A stretch of DNA of 64,000 nt, taken from assembly GCF_006345805.1 (NCBI RefSeq), contig NC_043005.1, positions 65,596,001 through 65,660,000 of the forward strand, given 5' to 3'. Positions within the stretch are counted from its first letter, which is position 1. Every line of letters begins with the position of its first letter. The stretch comes from Octopus sinensis (Eukaryota). The notes under the pieces were generated by a model. The model searched no databases. It was not told where the DNA came from and saw nothing but the letters and a program-made list of their open reading frames with translations. The position numbers and the translations under genes are program-made. Positions 51,188 to 64,000 of the stretch are shown piece by piece.

Positions 51188-52038
51188 TAATATGTATATA
51201 TATATATATGCAACATATATGTGTGTGTTTGGGTGTGCGTGAGTGTATTTGTGACTGCGTGTGTCTATATCTGTATAACGATTTATAATATATAAAAGAA
51301 TGAAAATATTGGTATCATATCTCTTATTCAGTTACGATCGTTTCAATAACAGATGGTGTAGACAACTTATTCAATTTGGAGGAACAAATATTAAAAATGC
51401 CTGTGCAATATTAAATGAAACCCGATCCCATCATTATATCACGACCTTTGAGCAATATAATATGTTTGAACGTGGACTGCAATCTTTTGGAGGAGCTTCT
51501 AATACTGTAGCGAGAAAGGGGCAATTTTGACATGCCTAAAGGAAACATACTGTAAAAGAATTAAAAAGACAGAAAGCTACGTATACTACTTGATAAAATC
51601 GATTATGCCGTCAAAGCCAATTAGATTAGGCGAGATTAAAGATGGACTGTATTCAAATTTTGCGTGACAATAAACAGAATGGTATTGAAAAAGAGGCGTT
51701 AATTAGGAGAAATGGGTGTGCCAAAGATGACATCAAAGAAAGAAGGGGTGGTACGATAGAGGAAAGAAGATAAAATGTAAGAGAGAAGGAGAGGAGGGGG
51801 TAAAAATGTAGGATGAGGATTATGAATAATAGAAAGGCAGTAGACGTACAATTAAAAGTGCTGATTAGCGTCCAATGAAATGTCAGTCAAATCATAGTCC
51901 TAAAATATTGATACGATAATATAGTAAAACAATAACAAATTACATATAGATATATATAGTTATGTATATTTATGTGCGTATGTGTCTGTATAAATATAGG
52001 CACACACACATATGTATACGAATATGTATATACGCATG

Positions 52039-52101
<63 letters not shown>

Positions 52102-52631
52102 ATACAAATACATGATGTACATGTACGGAAATGTATTTACGTATCATAATTCTGAGGAATGTGGTAGGAAAGGATTTCTTATTTATACTGCGTTGATAAG
52201 TTTTAGCGCTTACATCAAATATGCTCTGCAATTTAATGTGATAATTTCTTGTGTGTACATGTAAGTATATACGTACGGTTTGTGCATGTTTTTATATATA
52301 GGTGCGTGTTAAGTTCTTATTTTTTTTTATAAGTACGTATTTGCATGTGCGAATGAATGAGTGATATCATCATATGTATATAGAATTGTTTGTTTGTATG
52401 CATGTGTGCAAATATTACATTTATATGTATGTGTATATGTATGTATATATATATATAGTTGACATTTATAGAAAAACAAACGACGAAGACAGGTGTATGG
52501 ACAACAAGAAGGTGTATTAGTTTGAGGCTCTGGAATGTGAGTAACTTTTTTTACGTTTCGAGCCTACGCTCTTCAACAGAAAGGAATTAGAGAAAATAAT
52601 CAGGGAGATAAAAAAAACTTGTTGATTTAGC

Positions 52632-52714
<83 letters not shown>

Positions 52715-52737
52715 TAGATGGATAGATAGATAGATAG

Positions 52738-52783
<46 letters not shown>

Positions 52784-53614
52784 TATACACACACTTCGTT
52801 TTTGCATTTTCCTAAAATATGATGATGTGTGTGTGTGTGTGTATGTTTGTGTGTGTGTGTGTGTGTGTGTGTGACTGTATGTGTGTGCGTTATGTGACAA
52901 GTACAGTATTATATATCCATCACGGTTGATCATACCAATCGGTTTCACGCAAGGAATACACTGGAATGTCAGGTAATAATCTGATTATATAACTTTACGC
53001 GCATCAGAGTTAGCCAATAGGGAAGGGAATATGGAGACTGCTCTCTATTGTCGGAGGTTAATTGACACATCCTATTTGCGGTTGCTGTGTAAAAGGTGGT
53101 GAAACGAAAAAGGGTAGGAGATTAGGTTAGGAGTTTTGTCTCTTGGTTGGGTTCGCTGTAAAGCCAGTAAGAATTATCTTGAAGAGTTTGTGGGAAATGT
53201 GTACGTTATTAAACGTGGTACTCCTGTGGGGATGAGGTGTGTGACATGTGTAGTGGTATCATATGTATAAATTTTTGCCAGTGATATAAGTATGTTTAAT
53301 TGTGTTCGTTAGTCTGTTCCTTTCTATACTGGTTAAGGTCGTGTGGGGATTATGTTAGCATGCGGTGTGTAATGTGTGTGTGGGGGGGTCTATATATGTG
53401 TGGGGTTACAATGTGCGCGAAGGGGTATATGTTATGGGGGTGGGACACAGTATATTTGGTGGATGTCCTCTTTCTTGGGACGTGCGTGTGTGTACATGCG
53501 TGCGTTGATGCATACTCTGGTCAAACTCTTTGCTGTGCTCGAGGGTATCGGTGGAAAGCCGAGGTCGGGGACTTGTAGTCGTAGTATAACGGAGCACACA
53601 AGTACAATAGGCTG

Positions 53615-54040
53615 TACTTTCTTTCATGTGGGAAAATATTTAAAACTTCATTCCTGCTATTCAGGTAAATATCCGCGCGTTAGGTACTCTTTAAAACCGC
53701 TCTCTTCTCAGCCAAGCGCAACTTGAACTTCCTGCTGCTTCTGCTGCTGCTATTGAAGTACGTTGCAGCTCTCCTGAATGTTGAAGGAGGACTTGTGGTT
53801 GTTAAAGCGGGTTCCGAAAGGGCCTTCCGTTGCCCCCACATACTTCCACACACTCGGTTTCGCATTGGGATGGCTGCTACCTCTGCTTCGTATAGAACTG
53901 TCCCCATGTTACAGTGGCCGTTCAGCGGACATGTTGTGTTACCCCTGCATGAGTATCCTGCCTCTGCCTCGGGTGTGGGCCTACCTACTAAAATCCTTTT
54001 TACGCAAGGCGCATAGCTAAAGGATATTTCTCAGAGTATG
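53615..54040 (-). mobile_element. Penelope-like element, GIY-YIG remnant
   Basis: Minus translation CRGNTTCPLNGHCNMGTVLYEAEV...KYVGATEGPFGTRFNNHKSSF...LAEKRAVLK...LNSRNEV. Confidence 0.8.
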
Positions 54041-54089
54041 TCTATTAAATATTTTGTTGAACCTATTTGTATGGGCGAAGTATTTGTGA

Positions 54090-54405
54090 ATAGGAAACGA
54101 TGCCCCACCCACTATATTCGCTGGACACTGCCCCATCTGATTATAATTTATTCCACAGTCTTCAAAGTCACTTGGATGGAAAAATATGAATTCTGTAGAC
54201 GACGTCAGAACAGTACTCAAGGAGTATTTTTCGTCAAGGACAAGTGAATTTTGGAAGAGGGTCCTTGCAAGTCTACCAGATAGATGGAAGAGTATTGTAG
54301 AAAATCAAGGAGAGTATATTTTAGATAAAGAAAGAAATTTGTTTATCTTAATTTTGAAAAATCAAAGAAGTATAAAAAATACACATTATTTATGAGATGA
54401 CCCAA
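54090..54405 (+). mobile_element. mariner (DD34D-type) 3' remnant
   Basis: HPLYS.DTAPSDYNLFHSLQSHL, MNSVDDVRTVLKEYF...LPDRWKSIVENQGEYILD; right end ...GATGACCCAA|TA. Confidence 0.8.
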
Positions 54406-54537
54406 TATATGTATATATGTATATGTTTATATATGTATATGTTTATATATGTATACATGTATATATGTATGTATGAATGCGTGCATACTTGTATGTATGT
54501 AGCGGAAAGTATATCATTAAATTTTTCTTCTTATGTG

Positions 54538-55391
54538 CAGGGTGTTCGGGCTAAATTTTACAACTTCTTTTTATTTCTCCTTTTTTTTTTCAGGTACAGC
54601 TTGAGTTATTGGTGAACAATCAACGGTATTAGCATAAAAATTCAAGATGTAGTTGAGAAAATGTTATTTGGCACGGTGGACTGGGAGCGATTTGAGTCAT
54701 GATGATTTGCGGCGGATATCAATATGCCGACAGCATGACTACTACTCAATGTTCTATGAACATTGTAAAAGCTGTAAAACGTGATCTGGGCAGCTGCGAC
54801 CGATTCTACGAAGTTTTGACGAGCAGGAAGGAATACAGTAGGCGTTCTAACTGCGTCCGCACTCCGAAATTTATCCTCAACATTTTTGAATTGGCTTTTA
54901 GGCTCAATACATATAGCTTTGGGAAATTGCTGGAAACCGTGGTCAAACACAGGCTGAAGAAGATTGCTGCCGGAAAACCATATATATATGGCAACAAAGT
55001 TCAGCTCCTTGCTTTACCTCTGGAGAGAGCCAGAAGTGATTGTCGGAGAACTTCTACGATTTCAATGGCTTCCTACACTCTTCCTCCGCCTCACCTATTG
55101 TAATTCTGTAGATTACTATGTGTGGGATGCGGTTGGGGAAGACACCAACCGCTCTGGCTGCAACACCAAGCGAGCTTGTCGCCAAGATCAAAGAAGTATT
55201 CGAGGAATTGCCAGGGTTACAGTGAAGAACTCGTGCGCCAAGTCCCAGAGCCGCCCTGAGAACGTTGTGGAAACTGAAGGTGGCTACTTTGAGTGAACTG
55301 TTATCTACCAGCCATAATCTTGTTAATGCTTTTATTCTTAAAATACTTTTATTTTTAAATGGAATATTGTGTTTTCAGCCCGGACATCCTG
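54538..55391 (+). mobile_element. Tc1/mariner DD37D-type transposon, second family, internally deleted, both TIRs present
   Basis: TIRs CAGGGTGTTCGGGCTAAA / TTCAGCCCGGACATCCTG|TA. Translations GKLLETVVK..LKKIAAGKPY and CNSVDYYVWDAVGEDTNR...VVETEGGYFE. Confidence 0.85.
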
Positions 55392-56479
55392 TATACAGCA
55401 GGCATTGTTTATGTGTATATGTTGCTATGGTGTGTGTGTATATATATATGTAGTGGGTGGTGGCTGTATTGTGTGAGTAGATATGTATATTTGATTGTTC
55501 TCTACTCTAGATATATGTGCGTTTGTATGATTCTGTGTGTGATTAAATTAGTGTAATTTCTATCAGGTGTGTAAAAGTGAGTGGTGTGAAAAGGAAGGCA
55601 GTGTGGATGATGGATTGAATTTATGAACTTAGCTGAATTTTATAGAACATTCATGCATGAATTCTTTAAATTGATTTGTATATCTGTTGTCAAATGATCA
55701 TCCAAAACTGTTAATTAATCATTTCCTGTCTAACGTTGTTATTCGACAGTATCCATCTGTAATTTAATACTAATCTCTTAAACCTTAAGAAGTATAGTTT
55801 CCAATAGTGGTTTATCATATAACGAACTTTATTTTAATTTTAATGATTCACAACAACTGACCATCCACGGTATATTTTGTTTTATTTGTTTTGCACATTA
55901 AAATATCAGTAATTTCGTTTGAATGTTTCTGGATTGTTCAAAAACTAACATTTTACAAGTCTATCCACTGTTTTTTTTTTATTAAGGGTTCCCTTTACAT
56001 CTCTATTTAGTGTAGCTACTTCTAATTTTGGCCATCCATATACTGTGTGTAAAAAGAGGGGATCTTCTTTGTGTTAACAGAGTTGAATACTGGATGTATC
56101 GATGATGTTCTGGTATATTATGATCAGATGAGATCTTTTATATATATATATTATACATATATAATATCTACTATACAATTGTATAATATAATACTGAATA
56201 TGCTTATTCATGTAAAATGTACGTATATTATTTAGAACATTGAAACTAATAATATATGGAGAAGATTATGAAACGGCTGTAATAATATGAAAGTCACAGA
56301 AAAAATATAAATTTGTATCCACCTCTCATATATCCCGATTTTATGATATATATGTGTGTGAAGCGCGAATGCATATGTATGTACACATGTATATGCATAC
56401 ATGTGTATATGAGTGCATATATATACGATAATCTATGTATATATGTATATGTATGTGTATATATATGTATATATATATG

Positions 56480-56564
<85 letters not shown>

Positions 56565-56623
56565 GTATATATATATATATATGTATATGTATGTGTGTGC
56601 GTTTTGTGTGTGTGTGTGTGTGT

Positions 56624-56709
56624 ACTCTTTACTCTTTTACTTATTTCAGTCATTTGACTGCGGCCATGCTGGAGCACCGCCTTTAGTCGAGCAAATCGAC
56701 CCCAGAACT
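56624..56709 (-). mobile_element. SINE family A 3' end only
   Basis: CTTTTACTTATTTCAGTCATTTGACTGCGGCCATGCTGGAGCACCGCC. Confidence 0.88.
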
Positions 56710-56711
56710 TA

Positions 56712-57340
56712 GCATAACAGACTGTCCTGGCAAGTTCGAGTGATTAAGATCAGATACAGTACTATATTGGTCCAATTAATATTTAAACTCTAAGTAAATT
56801 AGTGATTTTACTCCGTGATATGCTAATTCTCAAGTCCCCAATAGGTGCAATAATGGTAGATAGCTGATCCTCATCCCACCAAACGATCTTTGTTGGAAAG
56901 TGTGCATCTTCTACATTATCTTACCGAGTGCCACTGGCGAAGTCCACTCTTCTGTACGGATCATTTTCATTGAGAATATGGCCTATACTCGGAATGCAAC
57001 GTTTCCAGTGACGGTGCTTCAAATTACAATGGGTATTTGATTTTGAAATTATTATCTCAAGATTCGTTTACCGTGCAGACTTCCTTGAAGCCTAGCAATG
57101 TGTTTCTAGTACTAGTTCTTGCTTTGTCGACGTCCGTGGTCCTCCAAGGAGATTCGTTGTAGACATTGAACAGTTCAACAAGCCTCAAACTTTTTTCTGA
57201 TTCTATTGACGGTAAGCTGCGTAGCTGAATCTGCTTGAAATTCCATCCGAAACTGTCATTGAACTTCCTTTGCTTTTTCAAACTTCCAGTTGCACTTGAG
57301 GTTGAATTTGTATTGTTAGGGGCTTAGTCTGGTTCTCTTA
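56712..57340 (-). mobile_element. Tc1-like transposase remnant with DUF4817-type N-terminus
   Basis: Minus translations WKFEKAKEVQ.QFRMEF...TVNRIRKKFEA, LNENDPYRRVDF, PTKIVWWDE, HYCTYWGLEN; frameshifted. Confidence 0.65.
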
Positions 57341-57523
57341 ATTATTTTTGAGGTATCATTCAAAAAATAAATCGCAACTGAGTGAGTCATCCGCTATTAA
57401 AGTATGTATACATTTTGGGGGACACTCTGCATATGTATATACGCATGTATGTATGTATATACATGTGTTTATCCGTGTGTATATGTGTATTTATACATAT
57501 ATATATTTGTTGTTATATATATA

Positions 57524-57593
<70 letters not shown>

Positions 57594-57596
<3 letters not shown>

Positions 57597-58725
57597 GGTG
57601 CGTAAGATATTGAGGAGAGATTTATGTTTATATAAAAAAACATACATATAATAACAGATACTAACTTTATATAAAAAAATGTTATGAGGATAAAAATAAA
57701 CCGTCTCTTCTATAATGTTATTCAATAAAGCCACCTTCAGTTTCAACAACTGCTTCTGTACGAGATCTAAACCATCTACACGCTCGAATCAAGTGATCCT
57801 GGTCCGTTTTGAACATTACTCTGGCAGCTTTCAAAGAATCTTTGGTGTTCATTGGCCGCCTCACTCTCAACAACACTCCGCATATAGTAGTACAATGGAT
57901 TGCGATCTGGGGAATTAGGATGCCAAATGTTAGGGGGTTATGTGATCGTGAAAATTTTCAGCCATCCATTCCTGTGATACTAGAGCCATGTGTTATAGTG
58001 CAGAGTTTTAGTGAAACACATATGGCCTTCCATTGCATACACTGTCTATTCAGTGCTTAACAATTATTTCCAGGACCTCAATGTAGGCGGCGGAGTTAAC
58101 TCTAGGGTCTTGTGGAAAGAAGTAAGGCGGCATCACATGTCCTTCATTACTGACAAACGATAAAACTATGACAGTTGCAGAAAATTTTGTATGCATAACA
58201 CTTGGAACTTCAGAAGGGTCTGCACATAATCATCTGTCATTTCTTCTGTTAACTTTTTGATCTTGGTCGAAGTTTTTCTCGTTTGAGAAAAACCAAATCA
58301 AATCTTCTGCTGGATTTTTCAGTTAGTTTAAGAGCCTTTTAGATCTGGTGTAGTGATTTTGACCTTTCCTCATCATATAAGACTTATTATATCTGATGAC
58401 TCCGTGGACAACATTTCTGACTGTTCCTTCTGACACATGGAGATCTTTTGCAATTGACCTCATAGATTTTCTGAGATTGTAATCAATGGTCTGTTGAACT
58501 TGCTAGATAAATGTTCCGATTATTTCAAAGCGTTTAGAATGCTTTTTATGCTTTGATATTGGTGATACGTTTTCATCTTTAGTCTCTAGCTCCTTACAAA
58601 CTTTATATACGAAAGATCTGGTAACTTTTAAAAATCGAGATATTTCTAAATTGCTATGCTCAGCCTTTATAACCACAATAACAGGATGTCTCTTCATTTC
58701 TTGCGTAAGCTGAGTGTCTGCCATA
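57594..58725 (-). mobile_element. Tc1/mariner DD37D-type transposon, same family as 29556-30513, one TIR missing
   Basis: TA|CAGGGTGCGTAA TIR; ORF MADTQLTQEMKRHPVIV. Reconstructed spacing from the QQD site to NPLD is 37 aa. Confidence 0.88.
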
Positions 58726-59129
58726 ACTTGAGGGGGGAAAATTGATTGGGAGACGTTTTGTGGCGCTACAGTGGTTGCTTTGGTGTGAAAATTGGGATTT
58801 TATTGATTTTGGGGGACACATGGTGGTCTAGATCGTACACCTTTTGCCCGATTTCAATCAAATTTTCAACATGGTAAAGTGGAAGCAGATTTGTAATTTA
58901 AGCGCGGAAATTGAATTTTTTTTATAAATCGCAGAGAGATAGATAGATAGAGAAAGATAAAGAGTAAGAGAAAGCGAGGGAAAGTCCGAAAGAAAGGAAG
59001 TGTAAGACAGTGGGAAAATGAGAAAGGATAGAGAAACAAAGAGGGAGAATGTGGCGATAAGAACAAAAGGAAGCACAGAAAGTAAAAACCATAACCTCAC
59101 TCGCGCGTAGAGCGGGTCACCTTAGCTAG
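58726..59129 (+). mobile_element. Possible Helitron-type 3' portion
   Basis: Ends CGCGCGTAGAGCGGGTCACCTTAGCTAG|T next to (TA)n; replaces the expected left end of the mariner. Confidence 0.4.
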
Positions 59130-59148
59130 TATATATATAATATTATAT

Positions 59149-59191
<43 letters not shown>

Positions 59192-59263
59192 TATATTATA
59201 TATTATATACATATATATATAATATTATATATATATAATATATATATATTATATATATGTATA

Positions 59264-59497
59264 AGGGCGGCGAGCTGGCAGAAACGTTAGCAACGCCGGC
59301 GAAATGCTTACCGTATTTCGTCTGCCGTTAAGTGGTCCTGGGTTCAAAATCCGCCGAGGTCGACTTTGCCTTTCATCCTTTCGGGGTCGAATAAATTAAG
59401 TACCAGTTACGCACTGGGTCGATGTAATCGACTTAATCCCTTTGTCTGTCCTTGTTCGTCCCTTCTATGTTTAGCCCCTTGTGGGCAGTAAAGAAAT
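59264..59497 (+). mobile_element. SINE family B (tail type 2, Tx1-like)
   Basis: Close homologue of the 45368 copy, including the AGCCCCTTGTGGGCAGTAAAGAAATA tail. Confidence 0.9.
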
Positions 59498-59504
59498 ATA
59501 TATA

Positions 59505-59540
<36 letters not shown>

Positions 59541-60225
59541 TGTATGTATGTATGTATGTATGTATGTATGTATGTATGGTATGTATGTATGTATGTATGT
59601 ATGTATGTTGTATGTATGTATGTATGTAGTATGTATGTTGTATGTATGTATGTATGTAGTATGTATGTAAGTATGTATGTATGTATGTATGTATGTATGT
59701 ATGTATGTATGTATGTAGTATGTATGTAATGTATGTATTATAAGTACATGTATATATGCACAAATATATGTGTACGTGTGTGAGTTTCGCGCATGGCATT
59801 TATAAAACGGACAGAAATTAGTGGATTCTGCAGATGGTTTGAGGTCACATGAATAATGTATACTTTTGCAAATTGCTAGGCCATTAACTAGTTTAATATA
59901 TGAATAGATAAAAAATATAAATATAAATTGTAAAATTAAAACAAAAGTAGTAAGCATACACACACGCGTATAATGCATATTTTTTTTAGCTGTGGCTGAA
60001 GTTACACGCAGACGAATATACCTATATAGATGGAAAGGAAAAAAGAAAAGAGGAAAAGGAAAAAGAGAATAGATGAGGGAGGGAAACAATAGTTTTAGGC
60101 CATTCACATGAATGTACTTACACATGCACACAAATAGATAGATAGATAGATAGAGAGATAGATAGATAGATAGATAGAGATACACGTATGTATACATATA
60201 TAAACACATGTGTGTATGTATATAG

Positions 60226-60394
<169 letters not shown>

Positions 60395-60456
60395 ATTACA
60401 TACTATATAATATAAAACGAGTTTTGTGATTTTTTTGCAGCTTTGATAAAAAATAC

Positions 60457-60493
<37 letters not shown>

Positions 60494-60679
60494 ATGATGT
60501 ATGTATGTATGTTTGTATGTATGCGTAAATACATGTGTATTTATATATGTGCGCGTTAGTGTGTGCGTATATAAATATATATACATGCACACTTATGTAT
60601 ACATACATAACCTAAGTATAAGAAATGAATTGGGTAATTGGGTAGAGTTATTACGTTGTGTGTGACACAATTAACTATA

Positions 60680-62170
60680 ACACTGCATAAACCTTTGACC
60701 TTCCTCTGGAAGAATATTCCCTCGGCGATTAGACTGGTTTGAGAATTTACGCAACAAACGCGACTATACATTCACATACTTTGATATCAATGAGTTTTTA
60801 CCTTCCCTCACTGAGGTCTCTTCAGGAAAACATTACATTTTACCAGCAGATATGCTACTATTACAGACCTAAACATGAATGTGACTATACATTTCAGAAT
60901 GCCTCTTCTAGCTTTTGATAATCCGTGAAGCGTAATGAATCCGACGTTTTCTACGTTGCGATGTGCTCTTATGATGACACCGAAATCTGCAACATTATAG
61001 GACTATTTATTTTTGACAGTCTGCTATCTAGATTAAACTTTATAGAATTATCTTTGTACAGAGCTAATGGTTTAATATCGACATGTAATGTAAATGGACA
61101 CTATTTTGGCCGCCTTGAAAAAGATTTTATTAATGCTCTTCGAAGTTTTAATATCAGGATTGCCGTAGGTACTATCACTAACTTTTTTCTTGCCAAAATC
61201 ATAATTCTGCTTCTTGCCCCTAGTCACTTTTCGTTTATGCCCATCTACACGGCTGATATCTATGATAGAGGAATAAGTAAAAAATTTTTTAGATATTACT
61301 ACGAATTTAGCTTCAGGTACTAAAGAATACATAACTATTCGTTTAACATTCTGAAAAAAAAAACTTACCTAAGAACATCAGTAAAATAATTTTTGAGAAA
61401 TCATCTAATGATTTTACCGGTGAGTGTGTTAAATAATAAGGCACTAAAAGAGAATGACTCTCCCCAGACACAACAGAATCTAATGAGAAGACTTAGATAA
61501 TATCTTAGAAGTTCTGCTTAGGACCTCATAATAAAACAGAGCAGCAGAATGAGGTTCTGAGCAGAAGATGCTTTAACGATAGGATAGAATATATCCCTCC
61601 GCAAGGATCCCTAATGCTAGAAACATCAGAAATATAAAAAAAACTATATGATATAATTCCCTTTCAGTTTGAATTTCAGAACTAATATTGTCATATCCGT
61701 CCTAAATTTACGCAGTTGGACACGTCCCGGGAGACCATAGGTTCCACAAAATTTTTAACATATACAGTCTCAAAGTAAGTTGTAGCTCCATGGACAATTT
61801 AGTCTCTTCTTTGATTCAAAGTAATGGAAAGTAATTATTTCTCTTTCCCTCAAATGATTCATCGACCCAGTTCAACCGTCTAAACAAAATTACATTCTCA
61901 ATATATTAGCAAATCCCACCAGAAAGGTATCGTCTACTGTGCCAAGTTTTCAACTAATAATAACAGAGGTTCAGGCGTAGAACAAAAAGAATCTATAATA
62001 TTTTAAAATCCACAATCAATCTTTTAAAATCCAAAGACTTTAAAGTTCTCAATACTGTATGTCTGGTTACGCTAGTAATAGAGTGAATATTACTGAAGTG
62101 ATGGACATAGAAGGACTAAAAGTGAAAGACTACAGCATGAAAGTAGGTCAGGGAATTACGGATTGAATCA
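60680..62170 (+). mobile_element. Penelope-like element, decayed RT plus GIY-YIG
   Basis: LWKNIPSA..WFENL, FDINEFY, VAMCSYDDTEICNIIGL (MGSxDGAEV-like), SLYRANGL (YRDDG-like), FHKIFN...KVSCSSM, GIVYCAK. Confidence 0.78.
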
Positions 62171-62231
62171 AAACAATAATAATACGCACCTACTCCCCCA
62201 CCCACCCACACATACACACATATATTATTAT

Positions 62232-62273
<42 letters not shown>

Positions 62274-62284
62274 GTATATATATA

Positions 62285-62323
<39 letters not shown>

Positions 62324-62586
62324 TATATATACCAAAAATTAATTTACGAAGGTGTTATTATTCTATTATTATCAATAACTATTTATTTTAGCAATGCAGA
62401 AACCGGTCCACGTGAGTCCAATTACTTAAATGTATCTTAGTAGATTATCTTAACCTGATTTTGCCTTCGTTGATTTCTGTAGTTTCAATCAGTGTATTTT
62501 TGGCGATTTAATAAGAGTTTTGACTGTTATTTCAAGCAGGTAGAACATACTTAGTATGTCCTTTGATTAATTTTATATTATATATA

Positions 62587-62650
<64 letters not shown>

Positions 62651-62673
62651 ATATATTATATATACTATATATA

Positions 62674-62717
<44 letters not shown>

Positions 62718-62786
62718 CATACATATATACATATATATATATGTATACATACACACACACACACATGTATATATAATATATATATA

Positions 62787-63236
62787 TTCTCTTTTACTCT
62801 TTTACTTGTTTCAGTCATTTGACTGTGGCCATGCTGGAGCACCGCCTTTAGTCGAGCACATCAACCCCAGAACTTATTCTTTGTAAGCCTAGTACTTATT
62901 CTGCCGGTCTCTTTTGCCGAACCTCTAAGTAACGGGGGACTAAACACACCATCATCGGTTGTCAAACGATGTTGGGGGTGGGACAAACGCAGACACGTAA
63001 ACATATAAACACACACATATATATATATATACATACATACATACACATATATATATATATATATACATACATATATACGACAGGCTTCGTTCAGTTTCCG
63101 TCTACCAAATCCACTCACAAGGATTTGGTTGGCCCGAGGCTATAGTAGAAGCCACTTGCCCAAGGTGCCACGCAGTGGGACTGAACCGGAACCATGTAGT
63201 TCATAAGCAAGCTACTTACCACACCAGCCATTCCTA
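62787..63236 (-). mobile_element. SINE family A, full length
   Basis: Reverse complement of the 6164 and 31756 copies. Confidence 0.92.
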
Positions 63237-63244
63237 TATATATA

Positions 63245-63309
<65 letters not shown>

Positions 63310-63342
63310 TATAATATATATATATATAATATATATATATAT

Positions 63343-63376
<34 letters not shown>

Positions 63377-64000
63377 ATAATATTATATACATACATACAT
63401 ATATGTATATACACACACCATATATATGTGTGTATGTATATGTTTGCATGAGCACATGCGCATATGCTTGTCATATTTGTTGTACTACTTGAAAGCATCC
63501 ACGTATTCGACAGGCAGACAGGAGACATGTTTCACCGTTATGATTTAAAACCATATGTATGTAACAAATTATTTTCTTTTAATTTCTCAAAATCTTAAAT
63601 TTTGAATTTTTTTATGAATCGCTCCCTTTGCAGTTAAATTCGTTGATTTCATCGCATAATGAAATGTACCAGTCGTGTTCAATACGTCCAAACTTACACA
63701 CACTTAGTCCCAACACACCTGCAACGTGTGTGTATATACGTATGTATATATGTATGTATGTATGTATCTCTTTGTGGGTATGTATACGTATGTGTGTGTT
63801 ACGTGTGTGTGTACGCGCGTGTATGTGAGTGGGTATGCATATTTATGAATGTATATATATATATATATATACACACACACATATGTATGCATGCATGTAT
63901 ACATGCTTATGTGTGTATATATATATTTATACACACAGAGACACACACACATACATATATATATATAATTGAACATATATGTATATACACACACATATAT

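Noticed and set aside
62399-62408. GAAACCGGTC half-hammerhead 3' of the Penelope RT remnant
   Set aside because: Only the 3' half is present; a match this short can arise by chance.

Overview
Repeat-saturated, AT-rich animal DNA with no recognisable host-gene exon. The SINE families and the density of (AT)n, (ATAG)n, (ATGT)n and (TTA)n tracts suggest an octopus-like cephalopod genome (inference; not database-checked). The window contains four Tx1/L1-clade LINE 3' fragments embedded in an (ATAG)n array at 0.2-5.1 kb. It also holds decayed CR1, RTE, Tx1, Penelope (RT and GIY-YIG), Gypsy, Tc1/mariner and Helitron-type elements, and at least four tRNA-derived SINE families. Three observations stand out. 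(1) Several minimal type I hammerhead ribozyme folds lie 50-150 nt upstream of (TA)n tracts; their cores include C3-G8, G3-C8 and U3-A8 variants, and two sit in head-to-head hairpin insertions. (2) Two SINE families share 3' tails with LINEs present in the window; one partner is the (ATAG)n-associated Tx1 element. (3) The Tx1 array shows a clean twin-priming inversion and a probable recombinant copy. A 2.4-kb spacerless palindrome at 40-42.4 kb may be a long-read artefact. Most ORFs in the supplied track are microsatellite translations. All alignments and folds were made by eye, and boundaries of decayed elements are approximate.
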